From positions 1-16,325 of the forward strand of contig JASJDN010000116.1 in assembly GCA_030065205.1 (NCBI GenBank): 16,325 nucleotides of DNA, given 5' to 3'. The notes beneath the pieces are model-generated. The model was given only the letters and a program-made list of their open reading frames with translations. It was not told the origin of the DNA and searched no databases. Each line of letters starts with the position of its first letter. Positions within the stretch are counted from its first letter, which is position 1. This stretch comes from Crocosphaera sp. (GTDB taxonomy: Bacteria; Cyanobacteriota; Cyanobacteriia; Cyanobacteriales; Microcystaceae). A program made the translations under genes and the position numbers. Positions 7,165-12,799 of the stretch are shown here, one piece after another.

Positions 7165-7855
7165 AAGATATCGTCATTTAAACTCACCCAATCAAAACCT
7201 AGATTCTTTCTTAGATATTTTGACCAATACCGTCGGTGTATTAATGTTTATTAGTTTATTTATTACCGTTGTTGCAGTGGAATCAAGTACCATTGTTACC
7301 ACACCTTTAGTATCTAATACTGAGAAAAAACCCCGATTTTTTGAAGTCAGAAATAATAAAATCTCTTATATCAATGATGAAGAAATTGATCGTCAAATTA
7401 CTCTGTTAATGAAAAATCTTCCTGAATGTTCTGTCCCTGAACTTCCCACTAACTTAGACACTTACACTTATCAATATTATCTCAATCGTATTCAAGAATA
7501 TGAAAATTGTCGAGCGCAAACCCTTCAAAGTTTTCAACGGTTTAGAGGAGAAACGGAACATTACAAAGTCAAATTTTATGACCTTGATGCACTTATTTAT
7601 GAACCCATAACTCCCGAAACAGGAGAATCTTATAAAACCATTGCTCAAACGGATTCCAGTTTTAATCAAACCTTAGAAAAGTTTGATCCTCAAACAGATT
7701 ATTTAGCATTTTTAGTCCGTCCCGATAGTTTTTCTGCGTTTAGAATGGCGAGAAAACAAGCATGGAAAGCAGGATATAATGTCGGTTGGGAACCGTTAAA
7801 ACAAGAAACTCCTATTGTGTTTGGTTCCAACGGCAGAACCGTGGGAGTACAATAA
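7154..7855 (+). CDS. ExbD/TolR-like single-pass membrane protein (233 aa), paralogue of the preceding gene; retains the TM Asp
   Basis: The N-terminus is MRTRRYRHLNSPNQNLDSFLDILTNTVGVLMFISLFI, with Asp21 (codon 7214-7216) at the ExbD/TolR/MotB Asp position. The C-terminal motif LAFLVRPDSFSAFRMARKQAWKAGYNVGWEP parallels that of the 158-aa protein. The start overlaps the upstream stop by 11 nt. Confidence 0.55.
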   Translation: MRTRRYRHLNSPNQNLDSFLDILTNTVGVLMFISLFITVVAVESSTIVTTPLVSNTEKKPRFFEVRNNKISYINDEEIDRQITLLMKNLPECSVPELPTNLDTYTYQYYLNRIQEYENCRAQTLQSFQRFRGETEHYKVKFYDLDALIYEPITPETGESYKTIAQTDSSFNQTLEKFDPQTDYLAFLVRPDSFSAFRMARKQAWKAGYNVGWEPLKQETPIVFGSNGRTVGVQ

Positions 7856-7886
7856 AATAAATTGATTATTTTCCTGTTTACTTATT

Positions 7887-8327
7887 ATGTCAATTTTTCA
7901 CACCTTATTAAAGCTATCCACTGACGAAAGTATTGGTTTCTATAATATTACCGAATCTGTACAGCAATTTATTAACACAACTAACATAAAAAATGGCCAA
8001 GTTATTGTTTTCTCAAGACATACAACCACTGCACTTGTTATCAACGAAGATGAAACCCGATTATTAGAAGATATCAAAACCTATTTAACCAAATTAGCTC
8101 CCCCCACAGACGCTTATTTGCACAATGATTTACATTTACGAGATGTCCCTCCTGATGAACCCGAAAACGCTCATTCTCATCTCATGGCCATGACGTTAAG
8201 TACCAGTGAAATTATCCCTATTGTAGACGGAAAATTAGCCCTTGGAACCTATCAATCTTTGATGTTAGTAGAATTAGATGGACCCAGACAACGGACTGTT
8301 TTTGTTCAAGTATGTGGTGAAAGTTAA
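7887..8327 (+). CDS. yjbQ: YjbQ/UPF0047-family protein (annotated in databases as secondary thiamine-phosphate synthase enzyme)
   Basis: The family pattern is ...NITESVQQFI...NGQVIVFSRHTTTALVINEDE...HNDLH...ENAHSHLMA...GKLALGTYQSLMLVELDGPRQRTV. The gene lies 31 nt downstream of the preceding gene on the same strand. Confidence 0.85.
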   Translation: MSIFHTLLKLSTDESIGFYNITESVQQFINTTNIKNGQVIVFSRHTTTALVINEDETRLLEDIKTYLTKLAPPTDAYLHNDLHLRDVPPDEPENAHSHLMAMTLSTSEIIPIVDGKLALGTYQSLMLVELDGPRQRTVFVQVCGES

Positions 8328-8330
8328 TGA

Positions 8331-8433
8331 ATATAGCATTTTTCGGACTCATGAGGTACACCTAACTCCTGCCTACTGCCTCCTGCCTCAAAGCGATCAC
8401 CTTTGTACCTCACAAGTATGGGAACTGCTATAT
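8331..8433. repeat. Foldback repeat (family B), complete copy, containing a CCTGCCT heptamer triplet
   Basis: atatagcatttttcggactcatgaggtac ... gtacctcacaagtatgggaactgctatat form imperfect terminal inverted arms. The central cctgcct/actgcct/cctgcct heptamers are present. The copy starts 4 nt after the yjbQ stop. One arm recurs inverted at 10875-10932. Confidence 0.65.
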
Positions 8434-8515
8434 TCACAGTATCAGAAAAGATAGTTAGATAGGAGTCAATAGTTATTGACCCCTATAATATTAACGTTGA
8501 TTATTTAAGGTTATA

Positions 8516-9010
8516 TTACTTAGTTAAATGCTGTATTTTGCTCAAAAAAGAGTTTTGATATTTGATCAATCCCATAGCTTCACATCCACTAGAAATTACT
8601 CCCATTGAGACTAAACCAATAGATAATAATCCCATCGTTACTGTCCCACAAGAGATTAAACCCATCGGAACAATTCCGATAGAAATCACTCCCATTGGAA
8701 CAATTCCAATAGAAATTACTCCCATTGGAACAATTCCGATAGAAAATAAAGGTAATCCCATTGGGTTATGGTGATGAGAATGAGTCAGAGATGGAGAAAA
8801 TAAATGACTAAGATGATGAATATCTATGGGATAAATTATAGTCCCTAAAACTAACATTAAGATGAGACTTAGAAGGATTATAATAAAAAAAATATTACCC
8901 CTTAGTTGTCCGTTATTAATTAATAATAACTTAGAAATGCTTTGCTCTTTAATGATGGTTTGATTGGTCGTATCTGTTTCTTGAAGTTGCTGAATTGTTT
9001 GAGCGTTCAT
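8516..9010 (-). CDS. Hypothetical membrane protein with a His cluster and a tandem hydrophobic Gly-containing decapeptide array
   Basis: The 164-aa ORF has an N-terminal polar region, a TM helix (IFFIIILLSLILMLVLGTIIYPI) and a His-rich segment (HHLSHLFSPSLTHSHHHNP). These are followed by PMGLPLFSIGIVPMGVISIGIVPMGVISIGIVPMGLISCGTVTMGLLSIGLVSMGVISSGCEAMGLI. I do not recognise the family with confidence. Confidence 0.6.
   Translation of the reverse strand: MNAQTIQQLQETDTTNQTIIKEQSISKLLLINNGQLRGNIFFIIILLSLILMLVLGTIIYPIDIHHLSHLFSPSLTHSHHHNPMGLPLFSIGIVPMGVISIGIVPMGVISIGIVPMGLISCGTVTMGLLSIGLVSMGVISSGCEAMGLIKYQNSFLSKIQHLTK
8561..8770. repeat. Seven in-register 30-bp tandem repeats inside CDS 8516-9010
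   Basis: The units begin at 8561, 8591, 8621, 8651, 8681, 8711 and 8741. The three central units (8651-8740; agaaatYactcccattggaacaattccRat) are nearly identical, and the outer units are progressively diverged. Both strands are open across the array. Confidence 0.85.
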
Positions 9011-9261
9011 TGTTTTTAAGTTGCGGGGATAACATTGGTAGATAATGTTAGTGTTCCCATAAAAGTCTTGAAAATAAACAAGACTATAAAAAATACTTAA
9101 CCTTAAGTTAAGAGTAATTAATAAATAATTATTTCCTTGACTTTAGCTCAATAGATTAAAAAATTAAACAAATCTTCACATTCATGATACATTGATTAAG
9201 AATGGGACTAACTTAACTAAACGTTAGCCTGCACAAGACCTCACAAAGATAAGGATAAATT

Positions 9262-10221
9262 ATGCCTTTTACTTTAGATTCAGCCCGTAATATTTTTCCG
9301 AATACCTTAGCTGCTGATGCTGTTCCTGCAACTATCGCCAGATTTGAGCAACTCAGCGCCGAGGACCAACTGGCTCTCATTTGGTTTGCTTACTTAGAGA
9401 TGGGTAAAAATATCACCGTTGCTGCTCCTGGTGCGGCCAATATGCAGTTTGCTGAAGGTACGATTAAAGAGATCATTAACATGACCCCTTTAGAGCAAAG
9501 TCAGGCAATGTGCGACTTAGCCAACCGTGCCGATACATCCGTCAGTCGGACTTATGCGACTTGGAGTCCTAATATCAAGCTTGGTTTTTGGTACGAACTA
9601 GGAAGATTAATGGAACAGGGCAAAGTTGCTCCTATTCCTCAAGGTTATAAGCTGTCGGCTAATGCTAATGCTGTCCTCGTAACCATTACAGGTTTAGAAC
9701 CAGGTCAACAAATTACCGTTCTTCGCAATTGTGTGGTGGATATGGGTTATGACCCCAGTAAAATGAGCAATTTCCAAAAGATTAGTGAACCGGTTGTCCC
9801 CCCCAAAGAAATTGGACAACGGACTCAAGTGAAGATTGAAGGGGTTGACAATGCAACTATCCTTAGCTACATGAATAACTTAAATGCGAATGACTTTGAT
9901 GCTCTCATCGCATTATTCACCGAAGATGGAGCCTTACAACCTCCCTTCCGCAGACCGATTGTTGGTAAAGAAAACGTGCTGCGTTTCTTCCGTGAAGAAT
10001 GTCAAAATCTTAATTTAATTCCCGAACGCGGAGTCAGTGAACCGGCTGACGATGGTTTCACTCAAATTAAAGTCACAGGAACCTGTCAAACCCCTTGGTT
10101 TGGTGGTGGTGTTGGTATGAATATTGCTTGGCGATTTTTGTTGAATCCTGAAAATAAAATTTTCTTTGTGGCCATTGATTTATTGGCTTCTCCCAAAGAA
10201 CTATTGAACTTAGTTCGTTAA
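9262..10221 (+). CDS. ocp: Orange carotenoid protein (OCP1-type; N-terminal carotenoid-binding domain plus NTF2-like C-terminal domain)
   Basis: The 319-aa protein MPFTLDSARNIFPNTLAADAVPATIARFEQLSAEDQLALIWFAYLEMGK...QITVLRNCVVDMGY...NIAWRFLLNPENKIFFVAIDLLASPKELLNL is near-collinear with my memory of the Arthrospira and Synechocystis OCP sequences. It is followed by an FRP gene. Confidence 0.97.
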   Translation: MPFTLDSARNIFPNTLAADAVPATIARFEQLSAEDQLALIWFAYLEMGKNITVAAPGAANMQFAEGTIKEIINMTPLEQSQAMCDLANRADTSVSRTYATWSPNIKLGFWYELGRLMEQGKVAPIPQGYKLSANANAVLVTITGLEPGQQITVLRNCVVDMGYDPSKMSNFQKISEPVVPPKEIGQRTQVKIEGVDNATILSYMNNLNANDFDALIALFTEDGALQPPFRRPIVGKENVLRFFREECQNLNLIPERGVSEPADDGFTQIKVTGTCQTPWFGGGVGMNIAWRFLLNPENKIFFVAIDLLASPKELLNLVR

Positions 10222-10325
10222 TTGGGAAAATTTTTGCTATATTTTTAAGAATAGTAAAATCACAATTAATACGATAGATACGCTCTACTGGTTAGGGCGT
10301 ATTCTAATGACTTCAAAATTCCGCT

Positions 10326-10655
10326 ATGAATACGAACACTCAACAATCATTAGAAACAGATCAAAAAATTGCCCAAGAAGCATTGAAAAAAGCTTATGCT
10401 AGAGAAACGGAAGCACTGGTGGCTGAAATTACTCAAAAAGCCAGTTGCATCACTGATATTAACGACATTTGGGCTTTAAGTGACTATTTGAACAGTCAAC
10501 GCTACAATATCGATGGTAAGTATGACTGTCGAGAGTCTACGTCCCTTTTTGTATTGGCTCAATTGGTTAAAGAAAGATGGTTAACCCTTGATGAATTAAG
10601 CGGTTTAACCCCTTCGACAAAAGCAAAATTAACTGCGTTGGCAAAGATGTCCTAA
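10326..10655 (+). CDS. frp: Fluorescence recovery protein (FRP)
   Basis: The 109-aa protein lies immediately downstream of ocp. The motif ...ALKKAYARE...DIWALSDYLNSQRYNIDGKYDCRESTSLFVLAQLVKE... matches the remembered Synechocystis Slr1964 pattern (...LFRKAYQRE...LWKLHDFLSAKRHEIDGKYDDRQSVIIFVFAQLLKE...). Confidence 0.9.
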   Translation: MNTNTQQSLETDQKIAQEALKKAYARETEALVAEITQKASCITDINDIWALSDYLNSQRYNIDGKYDCRESTSLFVLAQLVKERWLTLDELSGLTPSTKAKLTALAKMS

Positions 10656-10669
10656 TAAGAGAGTTATTT

Positions 10670-10838
10670 GTCATTGCGAAGGGAGTTAATCACGACTCTA
10701 CACTAATTTATCGTTATTATTCCCCCGAAGCAATCTCCCATAGACATAGAGATTGCTTCGGGGTATTTTTAATGAAAATTAAAACTGACTGTTGATATTA
10801 TCCCTCGCAATGACAGTTGACGATTATTGAAGTTATAC
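10670..10838 (+). mobile_element. MITE-like element family A, copy 1 (GTCATTGCGA[A/G]GGG ... CCCTCGCAATGAC)
   Basis: The terminal inverted repeats are gtcattgcgaaggg (10670-) and tccctcgcaatgac (-10814). The central 15-bp hairpin is at 10723-10763. A further 24 nt (agttgacgattattgaagttatac, to 10838) are shared with copy 2 only. Confidence 0.8.
10723..10770 (+). terminator. Terminator-like hairpin carried by MITE copy 1, just downstream of frp
   Basis: The structure is ccccgaagcaatctc (10723-10737), an 11-nt loop, gagattgcttcgggg (10749-10763) and then gTATTTTT. The left stem begins 68 nt after the frp stop and is on the same strand. Confidence 0.5.
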
Positions 10839-10874
10839 CAAATCCGATTCTTAAACCTATCTTATCTTCTAGAA

Positions 10875-10932
10875 GAGGCAGGAGGCAGGAGGCAGGAGTT
10901 AAGTGTACCTCATGAGTCCGAGAAACGCTATA
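10875..10932 (-). repeat. Family B repeat, half copy in inverted orientation
   Basis: The reverse complement (atagcgtttctcggactcatgaggtacacttaactcctgcctcctgcctcctgcctc) matches 8333-8389 with 4 mismatches in 57 nt by eye. It contains GGCAGGA x3. Confidence 0.7.
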
Positions 10933-10997
10933 AATGAGAATTAAGTTGCAAAAAATATAGGTTAGGGAAAACAACAATTGAACTCTAGTTAATCGGT

Positions 10998-12230
10998 TTA
11001 ATCACTGTAAGGAAAATCAGAATCTTTCGCCTTTTTGACCATTTCTAAGTCAACCTTCAACGATTGAGCGATTATTTCCTCAGAGACTCCGTGCTTTAGT
11101 AGAGCATCTATTGTTTGAAAAATAGAAATCTCGGGAGTAACACCCTTGAGTCTTCCCTGATCATCTAATTGTTCAAAGGTCATTTGAGGACAATCTGGTT
11201 GACGTTGAGCAGCGAAAGAAAATAGTCTCTCACAATAGCCATCTAGACCATCTAACTTATGATCGTCTACAGAAGTAAACTTGCCATTATAACCTTGTCT
11301 CCCTGGGATTCTGATTCTTTTCCCGTTTTCATCAATCCTAAACAAGCAATCGATATCTCTATTTATCTTATTAAGACGTAGCATACATCCTTCACGGGAA
11401 TAACGATAAATTAATTCACGAAAAGGAATATCTGGAACGGGATCATTATCGTTCATAAATCGCCAGTATTGATACTTTAACCTCTCATTAATGAGATTTC
11501 GATAAAGAATATTACCAACACGAGGCGCACCGAATGTATAAACACCAGATACATCGATTCCTTGCTCTAGTAAATAGTTAGCTGCAAGAATAGCGATCGC
11601 ACCTCCTAAACTATGTCCAGTTAACCAGACACTCTCTGCGGAGCTTAGTCGGTTTATCACAAAGTCCTGATAGAGTTGATGGCGTAGAAGTTCTTTAAAA
11701 GCAGCCAAAAAACCACGATGAACCCTCGGTTTTTTACTGAAAATAACGGCTAAAGGATTCTCATGTTCGTATGGTTTATCTGTATAATCGAGTTCACGAG
11801 AACGGAATTTAAAATTTGTTGCCCAGTCACTAACTTTTTTTTCAGACCCACGGAACCCAATAATAGCAGTGTTTTTATGAAAAATAATTAATCCTTGGGT
11901 GTCAGCAATATACTTCTTTTTGTTGTCACCAATATCTTCGTCATCATCTTCAATATCTTGACTATCAATAAAGATGGTTTTTTGGATATCTTCATAACTA
12001 CATCCCCAACTATATAGAGTCGATCGCACCGCTTCTTCGTACCCTATATTCATACGTTTTGCATTCACAGACTTTAAATAACAGAGTTGAGAAATATTGG
12101 CGCAGATGTAAGCATTTTCAAAGTTAGGTTCTGATTGTTTGTAGTCTGTTGGGGGTGATAATCTGGGGGTAAAAAAATCAAAAGCAGAACGTTGCATTTG
12201 GGGTGTTTCGGGATTCAATGTAGAAGTCAT
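10998..12230 (-). CDS. Class-3 (Lipase_3) alpha/beta-hydrolase lipase with a roughly 100-aa C-terminal extension
   Basis: The nucleophile elbow is VWLTGHSLGGAIAILAANYL. The Asp motif is FMNDNDPVPDIP, and a later VDDHKLDGLDGY segment contains the putative His. An acidic insert DIEDDDEDIGD is present. The C-terminus ends ...KKAKDSDFPYSD. Confidence 0.85.
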   Translation of the reverse strand: MTSTLNPETPQMQRSAFDFFTPRLSPPTDYKQSEPNFENAYICANISQLCYLKSVNAKRMNIGYEEAVRSTLYSWGCSYEDIQKTIFIDSQDIEDDDEDIGDNKKKYIADTQGLIIFHKNTAIIGFRGSEKKVSDWATNFKFRSRELDYTDKPYEHENPLAVIFSKKPRVHRGFLAAFKELLRHQLYQDFVINRLSSAESVWLTGHSLGGAIAILAANYLLEQGIDVSGVYTFGAPRVGNILYRNLINERLKYQYWRFMNDNDPVPDIPFRELIYRYSREGCMLRLNKINRDIDCLFRIDENGKRIRIPGRQGYNGKFTSVDDHKLDGLDGYCERLFSFAAQRQPDCPQMTFEQLDDQGRLKGVTPEISIFQTIDALLKHGVSEEIIAQSLKVDLEMVKKAKDSDFPYSD

Positions 12231-12379
12231 AATTGATTCCTCTAGGTATCATAGAGTTAACTTACTCTTAATCTAGTAGTAATTTGAGAAGAAGTTTCTG
12301 ATAAATACCTTATCTTTAAAGATTTGTTATTTAAGTTAAAGTAGCTTAATAATTTAGTTTATTGTCTGTGGATTTAATT

Positions 12380-12547
12380 GTCATTGCGAGGGGAGTTAAC
12401 CACTACTATAGACCAATTTATAATCATTATTCCCCCGAAGCAATCTCTATGTCTATGGTAGATTGCTTCGGGGTATTTTTAATGAAATCAAGACTGACTA
12501 TTGATATTACCCCTCGCAATGACAGTTGACGATTACTGAAGTTATAC
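12380..12547 (+). mobile_element. MITE-like element family A, copy 2
   Basis: The TIRs are perfect 14-bp repeats: gtcattgcgagggg (12380-12393) and cccctcgcaatgac (12510-12523). The central hairpin is at 12433-12473. The 24-nt extension to 12547 is shared with copy 1. Confidence 0.85.
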
Positions 12548-12607
12548 ATCTTCCAATAAAATTTCTTGCATCATATTATTATCAAGATTAGACATTATTT
12601 TTTAATT

Positions 12608-12751
12608 GTCATTGCAAGGGGAGTTAACTACTACTATAGACCAATTTATAATCATTATTCTCCCGAAGCAATCTCTATGTCTATGGTAGATTGCTTCGGG
12701 GTATTTTTAATGAAATCAAGACTGACTATTGATATTACCCCTCGCAATGAC
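12608..12751 (+). mobile_element. MITE-like element family A, copy 3
   Basis: Copy 3 differs from copy 2 at only 3 positions over 144 nt by eye, and lies 60 nt downstream of copy 2 in the same orientation. The 77-aa ORF 12566-12799 in the track is an artefact of this element. Confidence 0.85.
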
Positions 12752-12799
12752 GGTTTATTATTGTTTCAGTTAACCTCTACAATTTTTATAAATAAATGA

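Noticed and set aside
7454-7669. 71-aa minus-strand ORF inside the second ExbD-like gene
   Set aside because: It is fully antisense to a longer ORF with family features, and has the Phe/Ile/Lys-rich composition typical of antisense AT-rich coding DNA.
5389-7855. Zorya anti-phage system (ZorA/ZorB)
   Set aside because: The MotA-like protein with a helical tail is suggestive. However, the partners lack a MotB/OmpA-like peptidoglycan-binding domain, the tail is far shorter than I recall for ZorA, and no ZorC/D/E/F/G-like genes follow. I keep it as an unknown motor rather than calling it Zorya.
8561-8770. Possible CRISPR array (regular 30-bp periodicity), and likewise the tandem MITEs at 12380-12751
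   Set aside because: The 30-bp units are contiguous with no spacers, lie in-frame within an ORF and decay gradually. The MITE copies are 144-bp TIR elements rather than short repeats with unique spacers. No cas genes are present.
8562-8774. 70-aa plus-strand ORF (PIGTIPIEIT repeats)
   Set aside because: This is the antisense reading of the 30-bp repeat array. It starts and ends within the array, whereas the minus-strand ORF extends to 164 aa with a TM helix and a polar N-terminus. The strand still needs experimental confirmation.
9262-10655. OCP-FRP as the novel system
   Set aside because: This is the canonical, well-characterised cyanobacterial photoprotection pair (OCP1 with its fluorescence recovery protein), and nothing in the sequences looks atypical.
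12566-12799. 77-aa plus-strand ORF between the lipase and AAA+ genes
   Set aside because: It is composed almost entirely of MITE copy 3 (12608-12751), and the same sequence is non-coding at the other copies.
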